IMG/VR virus record: IMGVR_UViG_3300002026_000069
Coordinates: 1-64,000 of that record
Source: a virus
Reading direction: 5' to 3' (one strand)
Length of the DNA: 64,000 nucleotides
Made by a program: the position numbers and the translations under genes. Of this stretch, positions 11,601 through 20,340 are shown piece by piece. Position 1 is the first letter of the stretch; every line of letters begins with the position of its first letter. A model generated the notes under the pieces. That model was not told where the DNA came from. It saw only the letters and a program-made list of their open reading frames with translations, and ran no database searches.

Positions 11601-14121
11601 TTGCCGCGTGAAGACAAATTACGCATCTTTGCGATTAGATGCCGCATTAAATGGATTCACGATTAAAAATTGCAGCTTCATTTCTGAAGACAATGACAGA
11701 GGCGAATACTCTGGACATCTAGATATTGGCGGTGTAAAAGATAACATCGTCTTTAAGCAGAACTATCTCTGGCAATGGGGAAATGGATTCCATATTATTC
11801 TTGCAGCTATCCCATATGGTAGTGCAGATGTATCTGATAATATTTTCATTAATGGTGACTACCCTGTAGATATCGCCTGCGATGATATAAACTTCAATAG
11901 AAACATTCTAAGAGCGCAGAATCTCAATAGACCAACATATGAGAATCTCTTTGGATGCGTTAATCTGAATTTCATCGGAAACGCAATTCTTGGATTTGAA
12001 GATTTCTCTCCTGTCTCATTGTATCAAATTCCATCTGTAGTGAATGTTCAGAACAACACTTTCTGGACTGATCGTGGATCTAACGAAATATTAATTAATA
12101 ATGTTGATCCGTTAACTGAATTAAACTTCAGAATGAACATCGTAGCTCTTCATGGACAAGCTTACGATGATGATACTCTTGGCATTAAAGAAGGAAATGT
12201 TTATCTAGTTGAAAATGGAACTGCTCCAACAGGAGAGATTAAGAGCAGAACTGCTGCATGGAGAAATATATTCTCCAGACCATTCTCATATACAACGCCA
12301 ATAGATGCATTAGATATCATTCCCTCAGATTCCATTGTTAAGGCAATGAGAAGGAAGATTCCGACTGAACCAGTAGGTTTAGATGTCACTGGCGCTAATA
12401 CGCCCTGTCTCTTATCTGCTGGATGCATCCAGGCATTCAATGAGCATGGATCATATAAAGTTGAATCATTCAGATGGCTCCCATGGTGGGTTAATGAATG
12501 TTCAATGCCTGATAATATTCTTTCAGAGAACTTCTACAAGCTTCCAAATAGAAAGCGTAGCTTTGTAGAAGCTGACTGTATTAAGCTTCCGAAATTAGAT
12601 TATCAAAATAAGATCCTTCTCTTAGATAATCACATTGGAAATCAGAACTACTCATTCACTCTCACATTAGAGAATGTAGTTATCTATCCAATAACAGTTA
12701 ATTTGCAAACTGTTGATGGAACTGCATTAGCTGGAACTGATTACATCACTCTCACTCAGAGTGTTACTTTCGCTCCAGGTGAAACATCTAAGAATATTAC
12801 CGTCACAATAATTGGTGATGGAATAACCGAACAAGAAGAAAATTTCTTCATTGCCGTTTCATCAGACTACGCAGAGATTCATGGAGATATTGAAGTTATC
12901 ATTCAAGATAGCGGAGCTATACTTGATGCTGATTATCTTGTTATAAGAATGGTTGGAGATAGCGTAGTCACTGGTGGTGATTATATGGTTTCCAATACAT
13001 TCTTATCTGATCCGTACAATGGAGTTGAAGTTGGTGATCCTACATATAATTGGAATGACGGAAACAGACTGGAGTATGGTGGAGATGATCACTTAACAGA
13101 ATATCCAGATCCTCAAGAAGAGGAAGTTCTCATCAATGTCAACAACATTGATCAAAATATATTTACAGTATGTGTATATGGATATTGGAGAGCATTCATT
13201 TTAAATGGTGATAGAACAATCACTGTTAAAGCATTCAAGGGCGGAACAATGTCCGCTGTTAGTTCACGCTGGGTGAACACTGGTGGAACTCTTATCGGTG
13301 AAACCCCAGGAGTAGTTCGTAATACTACGCATTACGCTGATGGTCCAGATGACGGAGAATATCTTGTCACTGTAACTTACGATAAGACATCAAAGCGTGT
13401 TGGATTCATGACTCAAAATAACTGCCGTACTGGATGGGCGGATTACGAATGGAAGCTATTAGACATTCCCATGACGAATACAGGTGGAAGTCTTCGCCTG
13501 AATGTTGATAATGATAAGAGCATACAATTTCCTTATTCTGGCGCTCCATTATTTATTTACTGCAAGTTTACACCTACTCAAAGTGGCAACTACTATATCC
13601 GCACGAATAATGGTAGTAATGATCTTAGTCCATTCCAAGACACAGAATTATGGTGGTATGATGCTGATCGCTTTACTGGATCTGTAACAGAAACAGATTT
13701 TAGCGATGACTTCTATGGAGGTTCAAGCTATTCAAGAATTCCAAGTGGATTAGGACCGTATGGCGTTATTCCGCTTGTAGCGGGAACAACATACTATCTC
13801 ACGACTAGACCATATGATGGTGTCTATGATTCTGGATATGAATATGATATTGAAGTAAGACAGCTAGTTCCACCATCAATTACTTCAAGTAGTGATATAT
13901 TCATTACTTTAGGTGATTCTGTAAACTACCAAGCTACAGCAACGAATGGTCCTGTTACCTGGACATCTGGAACTCTTCCTGATGGATGGACGCTAAATGC
14001 AACGAGTGGACAGCTATCTGGAGTCTTGTCGAATATTAACATATTATCATTTACTCTAACCGCAACAAATATAGATGGTCCTACATCAATTACGGTTAAC
14101 ATATACCCTGGAGTGCCATGA
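8644..14121 (+). CDS. Giant multidomain fibre/adhesin-like protein (Kelch-like propeller, beta-helix, Calx-beta, C-terminal Ig)
   Basis: YWIGG/VMVGG kelch-like blades; N-rich beta-helix region; TVDGTALAGTDY...VTFAPGETSK..TV.I.GD (Calx-beta); LPDGWTLNATSGQLSG (He_PIG-type). Confidence 0.7.
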   Translation: MDSNFPSQLSALSKSGIITSRPTRVGGLSGYGSVSHNPSIIFASENYPYDVTIYSVTRMDGKIEIQFKVACTFPNPPCPNVNYNLSQCRFSPDNGVTWVVMTPDTGHVDHDAGPFVVDETTIYKFIWDYTEDVPSTCVIEKYLVRIEVNDGVISNSSNNGIGSTDDFINVVYTHPENGKLYLGFIVNTFDTDVFCLQSVEWSRDNINWFPATNDAADPANSAIPRQTHQLNVFVWDWQKDTNDANNTCVRFSVYKLGATEPEIDRIEQIRFDVQYSNSSGVFYDGWIYSHGGGSSSLTEILDIKANIGGRAEITIGDSTLNSEFALVLQPGTFINIYGSSLGNNVTNAVIHSFIGNVVTLTTTLVNDENLPANCVLTGRDPQTLDSDNHRETFFRFNPTTYEVEYNHINVWNNTNTLNPSLDKDGVALSMSRQFSQSHSFLDEKNGNWVIVRGMRNTALASSLGSHLHIMYYNFEKKFWKVLFKGANGLPYPNNQQAATWVHDGWFYWIGGYLLGQDGSAGVPMFYRINIDSMYTGNLICEDLMPNTNSVPGVATQPVSPYQIGTSTLSHNPVTVGPGVYTATPSTGYNSFARSDARAIIIPNTNGKAIIPGGTVMYNRYQFNPYGHTIWGDSLIYDPVAHHVESVPLPNINGAQGSRVYAQNGAVVMVGGTDRLTRSPVLYTYDPCFNLWRNSGYPTNIGEIRRPFSAFDEANNQWYIWGSQDSQLNVPNIEGRLANRFFIQQPPTQSSGTKCFVFTNRADTWSFGPGEEFPDFNQAMESMVNFYHGTPLPGDQFLLGSGGPFRETKPLNFYPFRLNTNGHKIVIASKDKDNRITFTGDQIIPNNTFVKYIENLEPKESMEVWKSDWLKCKYTNTTWIDIYENGKFILQKNTLAEVEATPGSYFIDNDYTLYIHASDSSQIRINHLTFEATLQKNIFQWESIDETDKCQGINFVDIDIVHANGCAIVFNRYQTEYDSFDGFTMLNCRVKTNYASLRLDAALNGFTIKNCSFISEDNDRGEYSGHLDIGGVKDNIVFKQNYLWQWGNGFHIILAAIPYGSADVSDNIFINGDYPVDIACDDINFNRNILRAQNLNRPTYENLFGCVNLNFIGNAILGFEDFSPVSLYQIPSVVNVQNNTFWTDRGSNEILINNVDPLTELNFRMNIVALHGQAYDDDTLGIKEGNVYLVENGTAPTGEIKSRTAAWRNIFSRPFSYTTPIDALDIIPSDSIVKAMRRKIPTEPVGLDVTGANTPCLLSAGCIQAFNEHGSYKVESFRWLPWWVNECSMPDNILSENFYKLPNRKRSFVEADCIKLPKLDYQNKILLLDNHIGNQNYSFTLTLENVVIYPITVNLQTVDGTALAGTDYITLTQSVTFAPGETSKNITVTIIGDGITEQEENFFIAVSSDYAEIHGDIEVIIQDSGAILDADYLVIRMVGDSVVTGGDYMVSNTFLSDPYNGVEVGDPTYNWNDGNRLEYGGDDHLTEYPDPQEEEVLINVNNIDQNIFTVCVYGYWRAFILNGDRTITVKAFKGGTMSAVSSRWVNTGGTLIGETPGVVRNTTHYADGPDDGEYLVTVTYDKTSKRVGFMTQNNCRTGWADYEWKLLDIPMTNTGGSLRLNVDNDKSIQFPYSGAPLFIYCKFTPTQSGNYYIRTNNGSNDLSPFQDTELWWYDADRFTGSVTETDFSDDFYGGSSYSRIPSGLGPYGVIPLVAGTTYYLTTRPYDGVYDSGYEYDIEVRQLVPPSITSSSDIFITLGDSVNYQATATNGPVTWTSGTLPDGWTLNATSGQLSGVLSNINILSFTLTATNIDGPTSITVNIYPGVP

Positions 14122-14471
14122 TTATTTCACAAAGCTGGAACTTCCTTCAAGATCCACCTATCTTCAATTTGCCTGGAGGTAGTAAGAGATCATTCATTAA
14201 GCTATCTGGATCTATAATAATTCATGAATCTATCATTATAGATGATAGATCTGTGAATATGATTATGCAATGCAGACAAGGATTAAATCCTGTTATTGAA
14301 AAAACATTTCAGGTCAAACAAGGCCATAACGAAATCATCTTAGATGAATTTGAAGCTTCTGGATTCTTAACCATTAAGTTTATCTTTGAAAACGAATCGC
14401 TTCCTTCTGGATGGTATCCAATACAGGAAAGCCAGATTAAATTCTCATTGATTGCTGAAAAGAGATTTTAA
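14118..14471 (+). CDS. Hypothetical protein
   Basis: ORF coupled by ATGA overlap. Confidence 0.6.
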   Translation: MIISQSWNFLQDPPIFNLPGGSKRSFIKLSGSIIIHESIIIDDRSVNMIMQCRQGLNPVIEKTFQVKQGHNEIILDEFEASGFLTIKFIFENESLPSGWYPIQESQIKFSLIAEKRF

Positions 14472-14956
14472 TGAGAACTGCATTAGTTATTATCAAGCGT
14501 CCAGTAATGATTCTGCCTCCTTTAGCAGAATTATGTATTGAATGTTATGATAGCTTAAAAGTTGATTGGAGATGCATAATAGATGAAGGTGAGCATACCT
14601 TTCATCATAAGATAAAAACTGATTTTCTCGTTAGAAGATTAACTGAAGATCTTTTCCAATTGGCAATTGATTTAGCTAAAGCTGAAGGAAAATGCGATAG
14701 AATTATCGTAGCTAATTTTGGTGACAGATGCGATATCAATTACACCAACATAAAAACAAATCATGTTGGAATATCACATCTATGTGACTACGAAGGAAAT
14801 ATCCTTGAAGAAAAGTCTTTTATTCAAGGTCAAAGCTTTACGTGCTACTCATGCACAGAAAAATCAACACTTGGATTAGATGGTTCATTAAATGTATTCG
14901 TATCTAAAATAGCAACTCCTGAAGACTTAGATCACTACAATCTTGACTGCAAATAG
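14471..14956 (+). CDS. Hypothetical protein
   Basis: ORF coupled by TAATG overlap. Confidence 0.6.
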   Translation: MRTALVIIKRPVMILPPLAELCIECYDSLKVDWRCIIDEGEHTFHHKIKTDFLVRRLTEDLFQLAIDLAKAEGKCDRIIVANFGDRCDINYTNIKTNHVGISHLCDYEGNILEEKSFIQGQSFTCYSCTEKSTLGLDGSLNVFVSKIATPEDLDHYNLDCK

Positions 14957-14970
14957 GTTTATTATAAAAT
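14943..14970 (+). promoter_or_regulatory. Class L promoter, leaderless
   Basis: TTGACT-16-TAAAAT, ATG 6 nt downstream. Confidence 0.65.
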
Positions 14971-14976
14971 ACACTT

Positions 14977-17163
14977 ATGGCTAATCCACTCGCAAAAGTA
15001 ATTCGTTATTTAGTAACTGGCGGCACAGTTACCGCTAATGATGTTCAAGGAGCCATAGAACAGCTAGAGGCGTTAACCACTGGTATTAATGCTATCTTGT
15101 TAGATCATAACGCTCGTCATGAAGATGGTGGCGCTGACGAGATGACTGTTAATGGTCTTCAGGGTATTTTAGCTGAACAACAAGATCCACAGCCTCACGC
15201 ATCTCGTCACGGCTTTGGTGGTATAGATCAGTTAAATGTAACTGGACTTCAAGGCGTTCTTGATGAAGAACAAGATGCAGGATGGCTTAAGGGTGCTGTA
15301 ATTAATGTTTCTGCGTTGAGTACAAATTATGTACTTCAATTTGATGGAGTAGACTGGATTTGCACGAATAATCTTGTTGGTGTAACTCCTGGTGTTCACG
15401 AATCCACTCATAGTGAAGGTGGATCAGATGAAATTCAGGGAGAGCTTGTAGATCCACAAAAGGCTGGAAAGATTTATTCTGCTGTTATTAGCATTGGTGG
15501 ATTAGCAGATAAATATCATCTGCGTTATGATCAAGGAATAGACCAGTGGGTAGCACAATCATTCTATCATGCTATTGATCATGAGCAGGGTGGTACTGAT
15601 GCTATTTCTTCGTTACCAACAGCTAGTGAAAAACTAGCATTAGTTGGAACCTCTGGCACTCCTGGGGTTGGAAATGAGTATGTTACAAAGTTGGATAAGA
15701 CTACGAATATAGATCCTTTTTTACCTGCTCAAAATGAAAAAGATGCTCTATTAGCTTCAAATGCTCCAAATTCAACTAATCCATTTGTAACATTTTCTGA
15801 TTTACAAGAATCAAATACAGGACTTAATTTATCAAAAGCATCAGCTTTTATATACGATATAGCAAATGATAAAAAGGGAAGTCCTGTTCATGTTGACGTA
15901 TCCAGACAAATATTAAAGTCGTCATCAATAATTGGATCTCCAGCGGATAAGCCATTTGGATTGATTGATAGATTCTGTAACAATATAAATGGTTTCAATC
16001 CTGGATCTACTGTATTTAGTTCTTCTGGAACTATAACACCAACAGTTACATCAGTAACGGATACTATTGTATCGATTGCTGTAACTGATGGATTTGGATA
16101 TGGAGTGTTAAATGTAACAAATCCAGTATCCGCAGATGTTCAAGTAAATGATAAGATCGTGTTATCTGGAACAGTAGATAATAATGGAACTTATACAGTT
16201 CAATCAATCTCTGGTTCTCAAATCAAAGTAACAACTCCATTTAATGTCGCTGAGTCTGGATTTGGATCATTTGTAATAGATAAATTCACAATCGGGTCTA
16301 TTGTTAGATTCTCTTCTACTGCGTCGAATAATGAATCGTTCCTAATTACAAATATACTACTTGGAGTCTTAGAAGTAACACCAAATCCAATAAATGAGAC
16401 TGTAACTCCAGTTGTGGATAGGTTTTTTCCAGATGGAGCAGTAATTTTATATGGTCAGATGACTTTAAATGATGGAAATCCACATAACTTCGATGCGACA
16501 CCTATCGCAATTGAATCGTATCAATATGATGGAACAGGAGATCATTACAGCTTAGCAACAAATGAAAAATGGTTAATTGGTGAGCAGTTAAGCAAAGATT
16601 TATTCTTTGTAAATATTCGTGAGAATATTTCAGTCTTGGCCTCTGGCGGAAGACTCTATACAAAGAGTTCGAATCCATTAAATACAGTCCCAAGCATTAC
16701 TGAATCTTCCCTGGAAGGAACTGGAACTGGAACTGGAAGTCTTGCTATACCAGCAAATACACTGACTGCTGGATCAGCAGTTAAGTTTAAGATGCATGGT
16801 GTATACTCTTCTAAGGCCGCTGCACCTGGAACGCTTACATTTAGAGTTACCATTGGATCTCACTCGATTGTTTTAATAATCAGCCCGTTACCATCTGGTA
16901 TTACAAATAAACCATATATTATAACTGGTGAATTCAGTTTTGATGACTCTGGAGCAGGAGTTGACATAAACATGTGTGCATCGCTTCAATATGGCGATAG
17001 TAATTCACTTCCTACTATTGGTGTATTAAGTAGCGCACAGCAAGGTATTGGATTTAATACCGAAGTAATGAATGCATTATCCTTCACATCGCAATATTCT
17101 GTATCTGATACAAATAATACAATTATTTCTTACTCAGTGGTTTTTGAACTTATAAAAATGTAA
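14977..17163 (+). CDS. Tail-fibre-like protein with HxxxHxxGGxD repeats
   Basis: NDVQGAIEQL; four HxxxH..GG.D repeats; PNSTNPFVT..D motif. Confidence 0.65.
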   Translation: MANPLAKVIRYLVTGGTVTANDVQGAIEQLEALTTGINAILLDHNARHEDGGADEMTVNGLQGILAEQQDPQPHASRHGFGGIDQLNVTGLQGVLDEEQDAGWLKGAVINVSALSTNYVLQFDGVDWICTNNLVGVTPGVHESTHSEGGSDEIQGELVDPQKAGKIYSAVISIGGLADKYHLRYDQGIDQWVAQSFYHAIDHEQGGTDAISSLPTASEKLALVGTSGTPGVGNEYVTKLDKTTNIDPFLPAQNEKDALLASNAPNSTNPFVTFSDLQESNTGLNLSKASAFIYDIANDKKGSPVHVDVSRQILKSSSIIGSPADKPFGLIDRFCNNINGFNPGSTVFSSSGTITPTVTSVTDTIVSIAVTDGFGYGVLNVTNPVSADVQVNDKIVLSGTVDNNGTYTVQSISGSQIKVTTPFNVAESGFGSFVIDKFTIGSIVRFSSTASNNESFLITNILLGVLEVTPNPINETVTPVVDRFFPDGAVILYGQMTLNDGNPHNFDATPIAIESYQYDGTGDHYSLATNEKWLIGEQLSKDLFFVNIRENISVLASGGRLYTKSSNPLNTVPSITESSLEGTGTGTGSLAIPANTLTAGSAVKFKMHGVYSSKAAAPGTLTFRVTIGSHSIVLIISPLPSGITNKPYIITGEFSFDDSGAGVDINMCASLQYGDSNSLPTIGVLSSAQQGIGFNTEVMNALSFTSQYSVSDTNNTIISYSVVFELIKM

Positions 17164-17173
17164 ATATTAGACC

Positions 17174-17201
17174 TTGAAAGTAAACATAAACAATATATAT
17201 T
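17174..17201 (+). promoter_or_regulatory. Class L promoter, leaderless
   Basis: TTGAAA-16-TATATT, ATG 6 nt downstream. Confidence 0.6.
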
Positions 17202-17207
17202 GAAGCC

Positions 17208-17546
17208 ATGAACTACATCGAACTACTCACTCCACTCGTTATTATGCTTATTGGCGCTGCCATTGCATACTTCCAGAGAAAGGGATATATCTCTGCTGAG
17301 CTTGCTAAGAAACTTGAACTCGACGTTCAGGGTTCAGTTGCAGCCGTTCAGCATGAATATGTCGCAGCTATTAAAGCTGCCAATGAAGACGGCGTTGTAA
17401 CTCCACAAGAAGCAGAGAATGCCCGTAAGATGGCACTCGCTAAGCTTATTGCAGTTGGTAAGGAAAAGGGAATCGACTACGCCAAGACTTATGGCGTCAC
17501 GGCTCTCGTTGGTCTGATTGAGAAGAAGGTCACAGAACTGAAATGA
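17208..17546 (+). CDS. Holin-like membrane protein (LL-H-type architecture)
   Basis: One N-terminal TM, then V.AV+...A+..AL..L...GI...LIE..V..LK helical tail. Confidence 0.55.
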   Translation: MNYIELLTPLVIMLIGAAIAYFQRKGYISAELAKKLELDVQGSVAAVQHEYVAAIKAANEDGVVTPQEAENARKMALAKLIAVGKEKGIDYAKTYGVTALVGLIEKKVTELK

Positions 17547-17803
17547 GATATCTCGTTTTAGTTTCTTTTCTCTCTCTAACCGGGTGTTGCCAAGGCACCC
17601 GCTTTGAACCAAACACAGTAACTCTTCTTAATAAGAGAGTGGAAACCAATGAAGCAACTATTAACCTTGCTCGTAAATCTGATCACACAACTGCTGTCAA
17701 GTTATATGAAGACGCCATCATCAGATCCAGCGCCCAACTCAAGCGCATTGCCGACACAATTGCCAATGACACCAGTTCAGGAGATCAAACAGGTAACAAG
17801 TGA
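17543..17803 (+). CDS. Small lipoprotein, possibly o-spanin-like
   Basis: MRYLVLVSFLSLTG|C lipobox; follows holin-like gene. Confidence 0.55.
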   Translation: MRYLVLVSFLSLTGCCQGTRFEPNTVTLLNKRVETNEATINLARKSDHTTAVKLYEDAIIRSSAQLKRIADTIANDTSSGDQTGNK

Positions 17804-18113
17804 TGCCCTAAAGGAAGAGGGGTTAAAGTTATCTGTTAAGTTTGCTGCGTACTTTAAAGGATGGTCGGAAAATGATAAAGAGATCGTTAAAAGAATCGCT
17901 ACTCTCAATGCTATTAAGGTTCACGACCTTAATGCAGATGAGATTCTTGAATACTCAGCACTTCTTGATAAGGCAAGTAAATTTTCAAGAGAGCAGAGCG
18001 TTTTGATGAATGAATTCAAGAGAGAGTTTTTCGATGCCGTTGAAGCTGTTGTGGTTAAGGCTGGAGAGATTGGATCTAAGATTGCAGTCGGTGCGTTGAT
18101 TGCACTTATATGA
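17649..18113 (+). CDS. Hypothetical helical protein (true start may be further downstream, near 17766)
   Basis: ORF overlaps the lipoprotein gene; hydrophobic C-terminus. Confidence 0.5.
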   Translation: MKQLLTLLVNLITQLLSSYMKTPSSDPAPNSSALPTQLPMTPVQEIKQVTSDALKEEGLKLSVKFAAYFKGWSENDKEIVKRIATLNAIKVHDLNADEILEYSALLDKASKFSREQSVLMNEFKREFFDAVEAVVVKAGEIGSKIAVGALIALI

Positions 18114-18385
18114 ATGAAACAGTAATAACATCTCTTTTGACTTCGTTGATTATCCTAACCCTAGGATATTCATATCATTTAGTTTATTGGCTTGGCTTTC
18201 GCCGTGGTGTAAAAGCTGGTGAAGATGCCGCTACAATTCGCTTATTTAGATTCAAGAATCCTGATGTTTGGGAAGTAGCTCACGCATTAGATCATGAGCT
18301 ACAATCAGAAAGAAAAACTGATAAGCATCCAGTTATTCGTCCAAGCAATGATAAAGACGAACATTTGCCGTTAGTTAAAAAGTAA
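18110..18385 (+). CDS. Small membrane protein
   Basis: N-terminal TM helix; ATGA coupling. Confidence 0.6.
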   Translation: MNETVITSLLTSLIILTLGYSYHLVYWLGFRRGVKAGEDAATIRLFRFKNPDVWEVAHALDHELQSERKTDKHPVIRPSNDKDEHLPLVKK

Positions 18386-18422
18386 TAGCTAAAGGAACTT
18401 TTCCTAGCTAAAACAACAGCCA

Positions 18423-18734
18423 TTACTGGCTGCTGTTTATCGACTTCAGGCGATGTAGAATCTCCTGAAGTGTATCAACGGCAGGAAAAGAAGCGGCAGA
18501 ACATGTTATGTTTCTAACGACATCTACATCAAGCTTATGCTTGATGCAGAAATCTCTTGTTGTTCCTTTCCCAATCATGGGAAGAATCGTCTTCCTTATT
18601 TCCTCCCTAAGACGTTCCCTTATCTGCCTTTCTTCGATTTTTCTGAACCGATTTATTGCTAAATTTGCATCTTCAGGCAGGATGAGATCCTTGAAGTGAC
18701 ACTCCACATCATGATTTCTTGATCTTGATGGCAT
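18423..18734 (-). CDS. Hypothetical protein, possible C-terminal HTH
   Basis: Class E promoter and SD; TTRDFCIKHKLDVDVVRNI resembles an HTH. Confidence 0.6.
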   Translation of the reverse strand: MPSRSRNHDVECHFKDLILPEDANLAINRFRKIEERQIRERLREEIRKTILPMIGKGTTRDFCIKHKLDVDVVRNITCSAASFPAVDTLQEILHRLKSINSSQ

Positions 18735-18740
18735 AGTGAA

Positions 18741-18769
18741 TCTCCTTAGATATATTATACCTAAAAAAA
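18741..18769 (-). promoter_or_regulatory. Class E promoter plus SD
   Basis: T7-AGGTATAAT-atatc-TAAGGAGA. Confidence 0.65.
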
Positions 18770-18771
18770 GA

Positions 18772-18796
18772 ATCCCCAGGTTGTTAGCCTGGGGAT
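18772..18796 (-). terminator. Intrinsic terminator
   Basis: ATCCCCAGG/CCTGGGGAT hairpin with T tract on - strand. Confidence 0.75.
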
Positions 18797-18803
18797 CTTT
18801 GTT

Positions 18804-19205
18804 TCAAGTAATATTTCGTAATACTTGGCTAATTTCTTCTCTGTATACAATCATTTCCCTCATTGGGCGACAAAATGGCTCATACATAAATGGATAAGCC
18901 CTATAAAAGTTCCAAGATCCTAAATTCAATGGAAAGTCTCTCTGGACTAACACAGCAAGAAAATGGAATGGTCCGGTTTGTTTTTGTATATTAATATATC
19001 GTTCATCGCATAAAGTAGTGCAAACAACTTTATATCTTAAGATTGGATATTTAGTAAAATACAACACTGATTTTTTCTGATCTAATTCAATCATTTCTTC
19101 ATTCACAAGTCCAGACAACGCATTGAGTAGATACTTATGGGTTAAGTTATTCCCAAAAAGATTATTTACATAAATAGGCTCATCTAGAACAGTAATTGCG
19201 GACAT
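18804..19205 (-). CDS. Hypothetical protein
   Basis: ORF in - strand cluster. Confidence 0.6.
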   Translation of the reverse strand: MSAITVLDEPIYVNNLFGNNLTHKYLLNALSGLVNEEMIELDQKKSVLYFTKYPILRYKVVCTTLCDERYINIQKQTGPFHFLAVLVQRDFPLNLGSWNFYRAYPFMYEPFCRPMREMIVYREEISQVLRNIT

Positions 19206-19944
19206 AATCCCACGTTGCCTTTCCTCTTACTCTCTTTTGACGACGCCAATCCATGTATGGAGCAACGTCAATCACTTCGCCTGACACTCCACCCTCAACA
19301 ACATCCCCGACACAGATATCATCAACAATATGAGAAGCTAATGTTCCCCTATTGAGATGTTCGTATCGAAGAATGATATACTCGCTATGATTCTGAGGGT
19401 TGTAGAATCTAGCGTTCGGAACAGTGCTATGCGTTTGATAGCAGTATGGCGCACGCCTTCTTCCAGGTTGTTGATTGATAGTTAATACAGATCTAAATGG
19501 TTGTCCATTTGCTAAGATAATTGCATCGTACAGAGAGTTTTCTTCAACCGGAAGAGATGGATGAAGAAACTCAAAGAGTTGCATTGCGTTAGCAATAGCA
19601 ATAATATCATTAGGATAGTTAGGATGAGGAACGTGAGTTAGAAAACAAAATCTATCTGTTTGTGCTGTTAAGAATGATATTTCAAAAGGAAATCTCATTC
19701 CATCATTCATGAGATGTGCTTGGTAAACCGTACCGGGCTGAGAAAGCACATAATATGTGCTTGCTCCACCATAAACATCATGAACAGCACCAGTTCTTCC
19801 AACTTGCTTTTCCTTTGGAGCGCCATATAGATAGCCAAGCGTATTAGTTGGAACTGAGCCGTTTGGGTTATTTAAAACACCAAATGGTTGTCCATTCACC
19901 ATATTTGTTGCATATCTAGTAACAGACGGCAATCTTGCAGTCAT
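19180..19944 (-). CDS. Hypothetical protein
   Basis: 254-aa ORF. Confidence 0.65.
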   Translation of the reverse strand: MTARLPSVTRYATNMVNGQPFGVLNNPNGSVPTNTLGYLYGAPKEKQVGRTGAVHDVYGGASTYYVLSQPGTVYQAHLMNDGMRFPFEISFLTAQTDRFCFLTHVPHPNYPNDIIAIANAMQLFEFLHPSLPVEENSLYDAIILANGQPFRSVLTINQQPGRRRAPYCYQTHSTVPNARFYNPQNHSEYIILRYEHLNRGTLASHIVDDICVGDVVEGGVSGEVIDVAPYMDWRRQKRVRGKATWDYVRNYCSR

Positions 19945-19951
19945 TTTAATC

Positions 19952-20140
19952 TCAAAACAGAGTTTGCTGACCTGGAATATCTTTTGGTGTTTCTTTTACC
20001 AAAGCCTCTTCAGGCGGATTTCTCAGTACAGCGGTGACTATTTCTTTGTGAACAATTACGATATATTTTTCTGTCCAATAGATCTCACCTTGAACTGCAA
20101 TAGTTTTACCATAAAATGACACCAAGGAATCAATATCCAT
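19952..20140 (-). CDS. Hypothetical protein
   Basis: 62 aa, GAGG SD, ends in IPGQQTLF. Confidence 0.55.
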   Translation of the reverse strand: MDIDSLVSFYGKTIAVQGEIYWTEKYIVIVHKEIVTAVLRNPPEEALVKETPKDIPGQQTLF

Positions 20141-20339
20141 GGATAAGACCTCTCATATCAAAGTGTTCGATGCGATGTCAGAAGAGCGTGCATACTCTGA
20201 GCTTGTGTCGAATCCCAACATAGAAGTTCAAGATAATCAGACTCTTCTTCCAAAGTCTGGTGAACCGCTTGTTGTTTTAAAATACACGAAGAAGCAGGAA
20301 GTTGAGCCTGATTTGAAGGCTCCAATTTTAGGATTTTAA
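20139..20339 (+). CDS. Hypothetical protein
   Basis: TTGAAC-16-TAAAAT promoter (20090-20117) and AAGGA SD. Confidence 0.65.
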   Translation: MDKTSHIKVFDAMSEERAYSELVSNPNIEVQDNQTLLPKSGEPLVVLKYTKKQEVEPDLKAPILGF

Positions 20340-20340
20340 C

